Source of the DNA: a phage
DNA: 64,000 nt
Direction: 5' to 3' (one strand)
Sequence record: OZ335964.1
Below the pieces are notes generated by a model. That model searched no databases and was not told the DNA's origin. It saw only the letters and a list, made by a program, of their open reading frames with translations. Position 1 is the first letter of the stretch. Each line of letters opens with the position of its first letter. A program made the position numbers and the translations under genes. Of the stretch, positions 1 to 13,052 are shown piece after piece.

Positions 1-2817
<2,817 letters not shown>

Positions 2818-2851
2818 ATACGATAATGCATAAAAAGATGAGGAAATTCTA

Positions 2852-4852
2852 ATGACTCTATTATCACCGGGTTTCGAAACGAAAGAAACTACTCTCTCCA
2901 CTACCATTGTGCAATCTGCGACTGGTCGCGCTGCACTGGTGGGTAAATTCCAATGGGGTCCAGCTTTCCAGATTGTTCAAGTGACTAATGAAGTTGAATT
3001 AGTTAATAAATTTGGTCAGCCGGACAGCAACACCGCAGATTATTTTATGAGTGGTGCTAACTTCCTCCAGTATGGTAACGATCTCCGTGTTGTTCGTGTA
3101 CTGAATACAGAGAAAGCTAAAAACGCAACTACCCTCGCGGACAACGTAGAATTTAATATTACTAATGAAGGTTCCAACTATAAAGTTGGTGATCAGATTA
3201 AAGTAAAATATAACCGCACAGAAGTAGAAACGGCTGGTAAAGTAACTAAAGTTGATGCGGAAGGTAAAATTAAGGGCGTATTCATTCCTACTGGCAAGAT
3301 CATTGCTCTCGCTAAATCTGTAGGAGTTTATCCTAATCTGGCAGGGTTTACCGTTGAAATTACTTCCAGCACAGGTAACTCCAATGGTGCAATGACGCTG
3401 GCAAGCGTTGTTACTGATTCCGGTCTTCTGTTAACTGATCTGGAAACTTCCCGCGATAAAATCACTAACCAGACCTTCTTGAATAAACTCAAGAAATATG
3501 ATATGCCGTCTGTAAGTGCTATCTATGCTGGTGAAATTGGCAACTCGTTAGAAGTTGAAATCCTGGCGCGTAGTGCATTTACTGGAACTGCACCGAATCT
3601 GACTATGTACCCTTACGGCGGCGAGCGTACCGCAGCACGCAACCTTGTACCTTATGGTCCACAGACTGATGATCAGTATGCTATCATTGTTCGTCGCGAT
3701 GGTGTTGTGGTAGAATCCTTTGTATTGTCTACCCAGAAAGGAGATAAAGACGTTTACGGCAATTCCATCTATATGGATGATTTCTTTGCCCGTGGTGCTA
3801 GCCAATACATCTACGCAACGTCTCACGGTTGGGTAAAAGGCTTTAGTGGTATCATTTCTCTTGCAGGTGGTGTTTCTGCTAACGAAGCAAGCACAGGTCA
3901 TGACGGTCAGAATGATCCGTTTATCGGTGCTATGATGAAAGGCTGGGATCTGTTTGCTGAACGCGAATCTATCCACGTAAACCTGTTGATTGCTGGTGCA
4001 TGTGCTGGTGAGGCTGATACTTTCTCTACAGTCCAGAAATACGCTGTTTCCATCGGTGATGAGCGTCAGGATTGTTTGGTAATGATTTCTCCGCCGCGTA
4101 GCACTGTTGTTAACATTCCGGTAACTACCGCAGTAGACAATCTGATCAACTGGCGCGAAGGTAAAGATAACTATTCTGAAAACAACATGAATATCAATAC
4201 CACCTACGCAGTTATTGACGGTAACTACAAATATCAATATGACAAGTACAACGATGTAAACCGTTGGATTCCTCTGGCTGCCGATATTGCTGGCTTGTGT
4301 GCTCGTACAGATGCAGTTTCCCAACCGTGGATGAGTCCGGCAGGTTATAACCGAGGTCAGATCCTGAACGTGGTTAAACTAGCAATTGAGCCTCGTAAAG
4401 CACATCGTGATCGTCTGTATCAATGCGCCATTAACCCGATCATTGGTGCGGGTGGTGAAGGATTTGTGCTGCTGGGCGATAAGACTGCTACAACTGTTCC
4501 GAGTCCGTTTGATCGCATTAACGTTCGTCGTTTGTTCAACATGCTGAAAAAGAATATCGGTGATTCAAGCAAATACAAACTGTTTGAAAACAACGATAAC
4601 TTCACTCGTGCATCTTTCCGCATGGAAGTTTCGCAGTATCTGAACACGATCCGCTCGTTGGGTGGCATCTATGATTTCCGCGTACAGTGTGACACCACAA
4701 ACAACACCGCAGACGTGATTGACCGTAATGAGTTCGTGGCTAGCATGTTCATCAAACCTGCTAAATCCATCAATTACATTATGTTGAACTTCACGGCTGT
4801 TGCAACTGGTGCTGACTTCGACGAAATCATCGGTCCAGCTAATCAGGCGTAA
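2852..4852 (+). CDS. 18: Tail sheath protein (T4 gp18-like)
   Basis: 666-aa ORF directly after gene 17, size and position match T4 gp18; RBS GAGGAAA upstream. Confidence 0.9.
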   Translation: MTLLSPGFETKETTLSTTIVQSATGRAALVGKFQWGPAFQIVQVTNEVELVNKFGQPDSNTADYFMSGANFLQYGNDLRVVRVLNTEKAKNATTLADNVEFNITNEGSNYKVGDQIKVKYNRTEVETAGKVTKVDAEGKIKGVFIPTGKIIALAKSVGVYPNLAGFTVEITSSTGNSNGAMTLASVVTDSGLLLTDLETSRDKITNQTFLNKLKKYDMPSVSAIYAGEIGNSLEVEILARSAFTGTAPNLTMYPYGGERTAARNLVPYGPQTDDQYAIIVRRDGVVVESFVLSTQKGDKDVYGNSIYMDDFFARGASQYIYATSHGWVKGFSGIISLAGGVSANEASTGHDGQNDPFIGAMMKGWDLFAERESIHVNLLIAGACAGEADTFSTVQKYAVSIGDERQDCLVMISPPRSTVVNIPVTTAVDNLINWREGKDNYSENNMNINTTYAVIDGNYKYQYDKYNDVNRWIPLAADIAGLCARTDAVSQPWMSPAGYNRGQILNVVKLAIEPRKAHRDRLYQCAINPIIGAGGEGFVLLGDKTATTVPSPFDRINVRRLFNMLKKNIGDSSKYKLFENNDNFTRASFRMEVSQYLNTIRSLGGIYDFRVQCDTTNNTADVIDRNEFVASMFIKPAKSINYIMLNFTAVATGADFDEIIGPANQA

Positions 4853-4879
4853 TATAGCACACGAGAAAAGTTAAATCAA

Positions 4880-4897
4880 GCGGGGATTATTCCCCGC
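4880..4897 (+). other. Conserved GC stem-loop GCGGGGATTATTCCCCGC (copy 1, between genes 18 and 19)
   Basis: 7-bp G/C stem with TTAT loop, not followed by a U-tract; identical copy at 5424. Confidence 0.6.
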
Positions 4898-4916
4898 TCT
4901 ACTAAGGAATACTATT

Positions 4917-5411
4917 ATGGCACTTGATTTAAACGACATTACACGCGGCTTTGAATCAGGCGATTTTGCTCGTCCTAACCTGTTTGAAGTCGAGATCCCT
5001 TATCTGGGTCAAAACTTTAAGCTGATGTGTAAAGCTGCTACCGTTCCGGCTGCTACCGTAGAAAAAATTGCGGTCGGCTTCCAAAACCGTAAAATTAATA
5101 TTGCTGGCGACCGTGTATACGACGACTGGACGATTACGGTATTCAACGACGACGCACACAAGATCCGTGATGCTATTGTCGCGTGGAACGCCCAGACACA
5201 CGGTACTGGTTCTCAGATCACTGGTTCTACTCCTGCACAGTATAAGAAACAAGCGGTAGTTCGTCAACTTAACCGCAACACCGAAGCAACCAGCGAAAAA
5301 ACGCTTTACGGTATTTTCCCGCTTAATGTCGGTGAAGTTACTCTCGATTGGGATCAAAACAACGAAGTTGAAACCTTCGAGGTTACTTTCGCTATCGATT
5401 GGGTAGAATAA
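4917..5411 (+). CDS. 19: Tail tube protein (T4 gp19-like)
   Basis: 164-aa ORF in gp19 position and of gp19 size. Confidence 0.88.
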   Translation: MALDLNDITRGFESGDFARPNLFEVEIPYLGQNFKLMCKAATVPAATVEKIAVGFQNRKINIAGDRVYDDWTITVFNDDAHKIRDAIVAWNAQTHGTGSQITGSTPAQYKKQAVVRQLNRNTEATSEKTLYGIFPLNVGEVTLDWDQNNEVETFEVTFAIDWVE

Positions 5412-5423
5412 ATATATTATCAC

Positions 5424-5441
5424 GCGGGGATTATTCCCCGC
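5424..5441 (+). other. Conserved GC stem-loop GCGGGGATTATTCCCCGC (copy 2, between genes 19 and 20)
   Basis: Identical 18-nt hairpin to the copy at 4880. Confidence 0.6.
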
Positions 5442-5467
5442 TTAATATCTCCCAATCGAGGTGAATA

Positions 5468-7033
5468 ATGTTTAATAGATTAAAGATGCTTGCGCGTTGG
5501 GCGGATTTCGACAACGACAAATACGAAGAACAAATTAAAGCAAAAGCGGAATCTATCGCTGCACCAAATAACAGTGATGGTGCTACTGAAGTAGAAATAA
5601 ACGATAATACCCCCGCTAGTGCATGGAACTCTCTAACACAACAATTTTACAGCACCGACCAGAAGATTAGCAATACTAAACAGCTAATTAACACCTACCG
5701 TGGATTAATGAATAACCATGAAGTAGAAAACGCCGTTCAGAATATTGTTAATGATGCGATTGTATTCGAGGAAGGGCACGATGTTGTATCTCTGAATCTG
5801 GAATCTACCGGATTTAGTGAATCTGTTAAAGAGCGTATTCACGAAGAATTTAAAGATCTCTTAAACACTATCCAGTTTGATAAACGCGGTCAGGATATGT
5901 TCCGGCGCTGGTATGTTGATTCCCGCATTTTCTTCCATAAAATCATCGGAAAGAATCCGAAAGATGGAATTGTGGAATTACGACAACTCGATCCGCGTAA
6001 TCTGGAATATGTTCGCGAGATTATCACAGAAGATACACCGGAAGGTAAAATTTATAAAGCAACGAAAGAATATTTCATTTACACGGTAGGAAGTGGTTCT
6101 TATTGCGCGGGTGGTCAAGTATTCTCTCCGAATAGTCGCGTTAAAATCCCACGTAGCGCCATCACATATGCGCATAGCGGCTTGATGGATTGCGACGATA
6201 AATATATCATTGGTTATTTGCATCGGGCGGTTAAACCTGCTAACCAGCTTAAATTGCTGGAAGATGCTATGGTCGTTTTCCGTATTACCCGCGCACCTGA
6301 ACGTAGGGTATTTTTTATCGATACCGGAAACATGAACAACCGCAAGGCTGCGCAGCACATGAACTCAGTGGCACAGTCTTTTAAAAACCGCGTTGTTTAT
6401 GATGCGTCTACGGGTAAATTGAAGAATCAGCAAGCCAATATTTCTATGACCGAGGATTATTGGTTACAGCGTCGTGATGGTAAGGCTATTACCGATGTAA
6501 CTACATTACCAGGCGCATCCGGTATGAGTGATATCGATGATGTTCGCTACTTTAACCGTAAACTTTATGAAGCGTTGCGCGTGCCACTGTCACGTAGTAA
6601 TCTCTCAGAAGCAAATATGGTTATTGGCGGTGACGGTAATGAAATTACCCGCGATGAGCTAGAATTTTCTAAATTCATTCGTACTCTACAGACTCAATTT
6701 TCGGAAGTCCTGCGCGATCCTCTTAAATACAATCTGATTCTCAAAAAAGTTATCACAGAAGACGATTGGGATCGTGAAATAAATAATATCAAGGTTGTTT
6801 TCCATCGGGACTCTTATTATACAGAAGTTAAAGACGCGGAAATTTTAGAACGTCGAATCAACCTGATCGAACGTATCGCCCCTTACATTGGTAAATATTT
6901 CTCTAACCAGACAGTAATGCGCGATATTCTGAAATATACCGATGACCAGATGGACACCGAGAAGAAACAGATCGAAGAAGAAGCGAACGATCCGCGCTTT
7001 AAACAAACTCCCGATGAAATAGAGGATTTTTAA
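5468..7033 (+). CDS. 20: Portal vertex protein (T4 gp20-like)
   Basis: 521-aa ORF in gp20 position and of gp20 size. Confidence 0.9.
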   Translation: MFNRLKMLARWADFDNDKYEEQIKAKAESIAAPNNSDGATEVEINDNTPASAWNSLTQQFYSTDQKISNTKQLINTYRGLMNNHEVENAVQNIVNDAIVFEEGHDVVSLNLESTGFSESVKERIHEEFKDLLNTIQFDKRGQDMFRRWYVDSRIFFHKIIGKNPKDGIVELRQLDPRNLEYVREIITEDTPEGKIYKATKEYFIYTVGSGSYCAGGQVFSPNSRVKIPRSAITYAHSGLMDCDDKYIIGYLHRAVKPANQLKLLEDAMVVFRITRAPERRVFFIDTGNMNNRKAAQHMNSVAQSFKNRVVYDASTGKLKNQQANISMTEDYWLQRRDGKAITDVTTLPGASGMSDIDDVRYFNRKLYEALRVPLSRSNLSEANMVIGGDGNEITRDELEFSKFIRTLQTQFSEVLRDPLKYNLILKKVITEDDWDREINNIKVVFHRDSYYTEVKDAEILERRINLIERIAPYIGKYFSNQTVMRDILKYTDDQMDTEKKQIEEEANDPRFKQTPDEIEDF

Positions 7034-7252
7034 ATGGAAAAATTTATCGAAGCAATTAAAACCCGCGATCTAACGCTGATCGAAAAAGAATTTGATAAGA
7101 TCATGGAGGCTAAAAAAGCCCAGATCATCGAATCCCAGCGTGTAGAAATCGCTTCCAGCGTCATGATCGAAGGTGAAGAAGAAAAAGATCATGACGATGA
7201 TGAAGACGAGGAAGAAGATCACGAAGACGACGAAAAAGACGAAGAAGAATAA
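7034..7252 (+). CDS. 67: Prohead core protein (gp67-like)
   Basis: 72-aa ORF with poly-acidic C-terminus (DDDEDEEEDHEDDEKDEEE), between 20 and 21 as in T4. Confidence 0.7.
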   Translation: MEKFIEAIKTRDLTLIEKEFDKIMEAKKAQIIESQRVEIASSVMIEGEEEKDHDDDEDEEEDHEDDEKDEEE

Positions 7253-7264
7253 CAGGAAGCCAAC

Positions 7265-7672
7265 ATGATTAAAGATTTTACTCCTAAAGCCGAATTAGAA
7301 ACATTTCTACCGGAAGCACGGGAAAAGCTCGACATGTTGGCTATGTTTGAGTCAGAAGAACTGTTGAAAATCGTTGAGGGTATTTCCGCAGATGAGCCAG
7401 AATTAGCGGTTGCAATGCTGTCTATTATCGACGGAATTACTGTAAACGAGGCAATGGTAAAACATGTTAATGCCCGTGGTGAAGTCGCCCGTAAAAAAGA
7501 CCGTAAAACCCGCGAGCGTAATGCATACATGACTACTGGCTTAAGCAAGGCTAAACGCCGTCAGATTGCCCGTCGCGCGGCTAAAACAAAACGCGCTAAT
7601 CCATCTATCGAACGTCACGCAGAACGCAAGCGCAAAAAAGCAATGCGTAAGCGTAAGGCGCTAGGATTATAA
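7265..7672 (+). CDS. 68: Prohead core protein (gp68-like)
   Basis: 135-aa ORF with strongly basic C-terminus, in gp68 position. Confidence 0.65.
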   Translation: MIKDFTPKAELETFLPEAREKLDMLAMFESEELLKIVEGISADEPELAVAMLSIIDGITVNEAMVKHVNARGEVARKKDRKTRERNAYMTTGLSKAKRRQIARRAAKTKRANPSIERHAERKRKKAMRKRKALGL

Positions 7673-7683
7673 CAGGAAACAAC

Positions 7684-8379
7684 ATGGAAAAGAACGAATT
7701 ACTGATCGAACAATGGGGCGCTCCTTGTGCTCGCGGTAGTTCGTCATTGCTTGAATCATTTGATGATAAGACTACAGGAAATCTCTATATTCAAGGGATT
7801 TTCCTGCAAGCCGAAACAGTAAACCGTAATAAACGCTGGTATCCACGCGCGGTACTGGAAAAAGCGGTTACTAAATACATTCATGAACAAGTTGAGACAC
7901 ATCAAGCTCTGGGCGAACTGAATCATCCAGCAAGGGCAACACCAGATCCATCTAATGCTTGCATCATAATTGAAAAATTGTGGTGGGAAGGTAATAACGT
8001 TATGGGTAAAGCTCGCGTTATTGAAGGTGATAAAGGGGTCGGTGATAAACTCGCTGCATTGATTCGCGCTGGCTGGATTCCTGGCGTTTCCTCCCGTGGA
8101 TTGGGTCGTTTGAAAGATTCTGGACGCGGTTACAATATTGTACAGGAAGGTTTTGTGTTAACGGTTGGTGTCGATGTTGTTTGGGGTCCAAGTGCTCCTG
8201 ATGCGTGGGTCAAACCAGTGGTTGAATCAGAAGATATTGATTATAGCGTCTCAGACGCACCAGAAATCGATAAATTCGAAAAAACGATTAACCCTACACC
8301 CTCACAAGAAAACATCGTAGAATCGAATAATAACGCGTTTATGGCGTTGGCAGAGGCGCTATCTAAACGATATAAATAA
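7684..8379 (+). CDS. 21: Prohead core protease (gp21-like)
   Basis: 231-aa ORF in gp21 position and size range. Confidence 0.85.
   Translation: MEKNELLIEQWGAPCARGSSSLLESFDDKTTGNLYIQGIFLQAETVNRNKRWYPRAVLEKAVTKYIHEQVETHQALGELNHPARATPDPSNACIIIEKLWWEGNNVMGKARVIEGDKGVGDKLAALIRAGWIPGVSSRGLGRLKDSGRGYNIVQEGFVLTVGVDVVWGPSAPDAWVKPVVESEDIDYSVSDAPEIDKFEKTINPTPSQENIVESNNNAFMALAEALSKRYK
8371..8378 (+). promoter_or_regulatory. T4-type late promoter TATAAATA (gene 22)
   Basis: Exact TATAAATA about 30 nt upstream of the gene 22 start. Confidence 0.6.
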
Positions 8380-8409
8380 TATTACGTTATCAACAAGAAG
8401 GTTATAACC

Positions 8410-9204
8410 ATGCTTAAAGAAATGCTGCTCGAAGAAGCAAAACAGATCACCGTCGATGTTGCTCTCGATGATCTGTTTGAATCCGTCGAACTGTCGCCGG
8501 AAGTAAAAGAAAACTTTGGTACTATCTACGCTCAAGCGGTAAAAGCTAATGCAGTTGCACTGGCAGAAAGCCACATTGAAAAAATTGCCGCTAAAGCCGA
8601 TGAACTGGTAGAATCAAAGGTAGAAGAAGCTCGCACCGAAATCGAAGCTAAACTCTACGAAGATGCAGATAAATTCCTGAATCATCTGGGCGCTAAATGG
8701 CTGGCTGAAAATAAAGAAGCTGTTACCCGTAATATTAAAGCGGATCTGTGCGAATCCCTGATTGGTTCCCTGAAAGATGTTTTCGTTACTCACAATGTTG
8801 TAGTACCGGAAGAATCTGTAGACGTTGTTGCGGAACTGGACGAAGCACTGAAAGAAGAAAAAGAGAAAACCGCTGAACTCTTTGACGCTAAACTGACTCT
8901 GGAAAGCGAAATTCGCGGCATGAAGCGTGAGCAAGCTATTACTGAAAGCACTCGTGATCTGTCCGATACCCAGAAAGAAAAAGTTACCGCGCTGATCGAA
9001 GGTCTGGAATATAGCGAAACCTTTGATAAGAAATTGACTGCAATTGTTGAGATGGTTGCCAAGAAAGAAGAAAAACCAACTCACATTGAAGAATCACTAA
9101 ATACTGATGCCGACAAGCTGAATGTTATTGTTGAAGCTGTCGAAGAATCAGAGAAAAAAGCAACTGTAGATACTGGCGTTTCTCGCTACCTGAATTATCT
9201 CTAA
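8410..9204 (+). CDS. 22: Prohead core scaffold protein (gp22-like)
   Basis: 264-aa acidic, helical protein; TATAAATA late promoter upstream; synteny. Confidence 0.8.
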   Translation: MLKEMLLEEAKQITVDVALDDLFESVELSPEVKENFGTIYAQAVKANAVALAESHIEKIAAKADELVESKVEEARTEIEAKLYEDADKFLNHLGAKWLAENKEAVTRNIKADLCESLIGSLKDVFVTHNVVVPEESVDVVAELDEALKEEKEKTAELFDAKLTLESEIRGMKREQAITESTRDLSDTQKEKVTALIEGLEYSETFDKKLTAIVEMVAKKEEKPTHIEESLNTDADKLNVIVEAVEESEKKATVDTGVSRYLNYL

Positions 9205-9221
9205 TATAATTCGATCTACTT

Positions 9222-9229
9222 TATAAATA
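9222..9229 (+). promoter_or_regulatory. T4-type late promoter TATAAATA (gene 23)
   Basis: Exact TATAAATA about 33 nt upstream of the gene 23 start. Confidence 0.65.
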
Positions 9230-9261
9230 CTTTAGGTTAACAACAAACAAGGTTTAAAAAC

Positions 9262-10848
9262 ATGAAAACTACCAAAGAACTGATGGAAAAATGGTCTCCG
9301 CTGCTGGAAAACGAAAAACTGCCGGAGATTGCAACCGCATCTAAACAGAAACTGGTTGCTAAAATTCTGGAATCTCAGGAAGCAGATTTTGCAGTAGATC
9401 CGATTTATAAAGATGAGAAAGTAGTAGAAGCGTTTGGTGGCTTTATCACCGAAGCAGAAGTTGCTGGCGACCACGGTTACGATGCTTCCAAAATTGCCGC
9501 AGGTCAGACTACTGGTGCAATCACCAACGTAGGTCCGGCTGTTATCGGTATGGTTCGCCGTGCTATTCCTAACCTGATCGCATTTGATATTTGTGGCGTT
9601 CAGCCGATGAGCACCCCGACTAGCCAGATCTTCGCAATCCGTTCCGTATATGGTGGCGATCCTCTGAAAGCTGGTGCTAAAGAAGCATTCCATCCGATGT
9701 ATTCCCCGGATGCGTTCCATAGCTCTCTAGCTGCTAAAGGTGCAACCGCTGCTAACCCGGTAGGTACTGCATTCGCTAAACTGACTATGAATACTGCAAT
9801 CAATGAAGGTGATATTGTTCATCACACCTTTGCAGAAACTGGTATTGCATATCTGCAAAACGTAAACGGTCAGGCTGTCACCCCGTCTAAACAGGGTCAG
9901 GAATCTGACGACGAAGCAGTAATGAAACTGATCGAAGAAGGCAAACTGGCTGAAATCGCTTTCGGTATGGCTACTTCCATCGCGGAACTGCAAGAAGGCT
10001 TTAACGGTTCCCAGAATAACCCGTGGAACGAAATGTCAATGCGTATTGACAAACAGGTTGTTGAAGCGAAATCTCGCCAACTGAAAGCCCGTTATTCTAT
10101 CGAAGTTGCGCAGGATCTGCGTGCTGTACACGGTATGGACGCTGACGCCGAATTGAATGCTATCCTGGCTAACGAAGTTCTGCTGGAAATCAACCGTGAA
10201 ATCGTTGACGTAATCAACTTTACCGCTCAGGTTGGTAAGACTGGCATGACTCAGACCGTTGGTTCTAAAGCTGGTGTATTCGATCTGCAAGATCCGATTG
10301 ATACCCGTGGTGCTCGTTGGGCTGGTGAATCCTTCAAATCTCTGATCTACCAGATTGACAAAGAAGCTGCTGAAATCGCTCGTCAGACTGGTCGCGGTGC
10401 TGGTAACTTCATTATCGCTTCCCGTAACGTTGTAAACATTCTGGCTTCTGCTGATCAGGGTATTAGCGTAGCAATGCAGGGCGCTGCTCGTGGTCTGAAT
10501 ACCGACACCACTAAAGCTGTTTTCGCTGGTGTTCTGGCTGGTAAGTATAAAGTATTCATCGACCAGTATGCTCGTCAGGACTACTTCACCGTAGGTTACA
10601 AAGGCGACAACGAAATGGATGCTGGTATCTACTACGCACCGTATGTTGCTCTGACTCCGCTGCGTGCAACTGATCCGCAGTCTTTCCACCCGGTTCTGGG
10701 CTTCAAGACTCGTTACGGTATCGGTATTAACCCGTTTGCTGATAGCAAGTCTCAGTCTCCGAGTGCTCGTATCACTTCCGGTATGTTGAGCAAAGAAAGC
10801 GTAGGTAAAAACGCTTACTTCCGCCGCGTATGGGTGAAAGGTTGCTAA
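9262..10848 (+). CDS. 23: Major capsid protein (gp23-like)
   Basis: 528-aa ORF; TATAAATA late promoter at 9222; strong terminator downstream; paralogous to the gp24-like ORF at 16443. Confidence 0.93.
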   Translation: MKTTKELMEKWSPLLENEKLPEIATASKQKLVAKILESQEADFAVDPIYKDEKVVEAFGGFITEAEVAGDHGYDASKIAAGQTTGAITNVGPAVIGMVRRAIPNLIAFDICGVQPMSTPTSQIFAIRSVYGGDPLKAGAKEAFHPMYSPDAFHSSLAAKGATAANPVGTAFAKLTMNTAINEGDIVHHTFAETGIAYLQNVNGQAVTPSKQGQESDDEAVMKLIEEGKLAEIAFGMATSIAELQEGFNGSQNNPWNEMSMRIDKQVVEAKSRQLKARYSIEVAQDLRAVHGMDADAELNAILANEVLLEINREIVDVINFTAQVGKTGMTQTVGSKAGVFDLQDPIDTRGARWAGESFKSLIYQIDKEAAEIARQTGRGAGNFIIASRNVVNILASADQGISVAMQGAARGLNTDTTKAVFAGVLAGKYKVFIDQYARQDYFTVGYKGDNEMDAGIYYAPYVALTPLRATDPQSFHPVLGFKTRYGIGINPFADSKSQSPSARITSGMLSKESVGKNAYFRRVWVKGC

Positions 10849-10929
10849 TCCACTTTAATTAATCCGGTCGGGTGCAATGCCCGACTTATATGTAAACTTG
10901 ATAGTGTAGTTACTAAAAGTTTTCTTTAA

Positions 10930-10960
10930 GGGAGATCCGAAAGGGTCTCCCTTTTCTTTT
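10930..10960 (+). terminator. Rho-independent terminator after gene 23
   Basis: GGGAGATCC-GAAA-GGGTCTCCC hairpin followed by TTTTCTTTT. Confidence 0.75.
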
Positions 10961-10976
10961 GTCTAAAATAACACAT

Positions 10977-10984
10977 TATAAATA
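10977..10984 (+). promoter_or_regulatory. T4-type late promoter TATAAATA (island genes)
   Basis: Exact TATAAATA after the gene 23 terminator, about 40 nt upstream of ORF 11022. Confidence 0.6.
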
Positions 10985-11021
10985 AGATTGCAAGCCTATA
11001 TTCTAAGGGGAGCGAAAATAG

Positions 11022-11330
11022 ATGCACACACTTATAAAGACCAAAACTCCCGCCGTGTCTGCACCAATTAGCTGCATTCATAGTACCCATATGACGGTAC
11101 AAATGACAGTTGAAAGTGCTGTACAAGGGCAAAAAGTTGTCGCAGAGGCTGTTTTAGAAGGTTCTCTCGATGGCAAAGGTTGGTTCACTATTTCAGAATT
11201 GAAAGCTGATGGTAATGAATATGCAACTGATGGTGGAGCGTTTGAAACATTATGGTCATTTATTCGGGCTAAGGTAAAATCATTATCCAATGGTTCTACC
11301 GTAAATGTGTATCTTGCGAAACGGGGGTAA
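11022..11330 (+). CDS. Hypothetical protein, first gene of the 23/24 island
   Basis: 102-aa ORF with RBS AGGGGA, about 40 nt downstream of a TATAAATA late promoter. Confidence 0.5.
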   Translation: MHTLIKTKTPAVSAPISCIHSTHMTVQMTVESAVQGQKVVAEAVLEGSLDGKGWFTISELKADGNEYATDGGAFETLWSFIRAKVKSLSNGSTVNVYLAKRG

Positions 11331-11333
11331 TGC

Positions 11334-13052
11334 ATGAAGCTAAATCCAGATGCGGTTATTAATGCTGGTTCTGTTGGCGGTGGCACTGGTTCCGGCGGTG
11401 GTGGTATTCAGATCGGAACTAATGTACCATGCGGAATTAAAAATACTCATCGTTTCGAAAATGAAGCTGAACGAGACGCATATTTTACCACTAAATTTGC
11501 GGAATTGGATCGCCTAAAAACAATTATTGTTTGCGGTGGTAAACTTCAATTGTGGACAGGTGCGACCGCCGCATCGCCTTATGATAATACCAAATGGGTC
11601 GATATGACCTGGGTAATTCAAGGCGAACAGGGTACTACTGGTGAAAAAGGCGAGAATGGACGAGGTATTGCCAGAATTGAAGCGCAAATCTCTGATGATG
11701 ATCGCGAATGGAAACTAGAAATTACCTACTCAGATTCTACCACAGAAACATTAACTTTCCCTGTACCTGATGTGTTAGCTAATGTTGCGCAACGTCTTAC
11801 TGCATTAGAGGTAAGATGGACAGCAACTGGTCAGCCAGTTAATAACCTTGATGCGACTGTAGATCAGGGTCGTTATCCGGTTGGAGATAACACATACGGT
11901 AAGCCACCAATGATGGCAAATAAGGGGTCTGCTGATGTATATGTCATTGAGGGTAGCATTATTCAAGTGGTTCGTTCTATTGACGGTGGCGTGTACTCTC
12001 GTATCCGACACAACGGTCATTGGAGCGAGTGGGTCTCACAAAGTGGCGGTGGAAATGGTAGCGGTGGAGGCTTGACGGGTGATCAAGAAGCTATGTTAAC
12101 TAGCTTAGTTAATCGTCTACCGGAAATTTCACCAAATACACGCGATCTTAACACTCTACAGAAGCAAGGTCGTTTCTGTTATGATGAACGTACTACAAAC
12201 CGCCCTAATGGTACTCAGGTACACGGGTCGGTAGATGTTCATGCTTGCAAAGATCATGTATTACAAATCGCAACCAGTCTCGATGGTGTCATGTCACATC
12301 GCGCACTGGACAAAGCAAACGGTACATGGTCTGATTGGTTGCAGATAAGCGATCATACTGGTGGGGCTACGATTTACGCGTTTCCTAGAGTTTCTAGTGT
12401 ATTCACCACTTCGCAAAACTTGATTGAAGTCACAAAACCGGGCGCTGGATTCTTTTATATTCCGTGGAAATATGTTATTCATGATAACTATGGATGCACT
12501 CCACAGATCCAACACCCAGACCGTCAACAAGATGCGGATCATTGGTGGGTATGCCCGAAATCCGGTAGCTATGACATGGAATTATTGCTTGATATGAGTT
12601 TTATCAAGACACAAGCAACTATTCCGGTTCTTGCTGCTGTAACGGCATGGCACAGGAAAGCAGACGGAAGCGAGACAGAAGCCGCACGTTATCAAATCCC
12701 GTTTGATGTTACCCAGAAAAACCAGAAAACAAGATCCGCTAAACTCCGCATTAATAATTTGCCATCCGGCGAGATGATCCGCTGGCAGGTAAAACTCAGT
12801 GGTTATAGCTGGAGCGAAACTGATAACCCAGACGTAGCATTTGCACCCTTCCGCACTATGCTGATGGTCGATGAAGCAGAATACGACACAGCAAAACGAA
12901 TTGGTGCTCTTGCGTTCAATACATGGGCTAACTTCCATGCGAAAAAAGGTTTTGCTGCCGCTGTAAGTGAGGACGAAAATCAGAAAGCACGTCTTAACGC
13001 CGTTAAATGGGGTGCTGTCATTGAATCCGTCCAAGCTCAGTCACAACCATAA
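11334..13052 (+). CDS. Gly-rich protein with short collagen-like G-X-Y run; possible fibre or decoration protein
   Basis: 572-aa ORF; poly-Gly segments (GSVGGGTGSGGGGIQ, SGGGNGSGGG) and GEQGTTGEKGENGRG; RBS GGGGG. Confidence 0.6.
   Translation: MKLNPDAVINAGSVGGGTGSGGGGIQIGTNVPCGIKNTHRFENEAERDAYFTTKFAELDRLKTIIVCGGKLQLWTGATAASPYDNTKWVDMTWVIQGEQGTTGEKGENGRGIARIEAQISDDDREWKLEITYSDSTTETLTFPVPDVLANVAQRLTALEVRWTATGQPVNNLDATVDQGRYPVGDNTYGKPPMMANKGSADVYVIEGSIIQVVRSIDGGVYSRIRHNGHWSEWVSQSGGGNGSGGGLTGDQEAMLTSLVNRLPEISPNTRDLNTLQKQGRFCYDERTTNRPNGTQVHGSVDVHACKDHVLQIATSLDGVMSHRALDKANGTWSDWLQISDHTGGATIYAFPRVSSVFTTSQNLIEVTKPGAGFFYIPWKYVIHDNYGCTPQIQHPDRQQDADHWWVCPKSGSYDMELLLDMSFIKTQATIPVLAAVTAWHRKADGSETEAARYQIPFDVTQKNQKTRSAKLRINNLPSGEMIRWQVKLSGYSWSETDNPDVAFAPFRTMLMVDEAEYDTAKRIGALAFNTWANFHAKKGFAAAVSEDENQKARLNAVKWGAVIESVQAQSQP

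Noticed and set aside
3548-4324. 258-aa minus-strand ORF inside the tail sheath gene, with similar antisense ORFs inside genes 22, 23, the 621-aa fibre gene, alt and nrdA
   Set aside because: They lie fully within well-supported genes on the opposite strand, have no RBS or promoter context and have low-complexity translations; treated as spurious antisense ORFs
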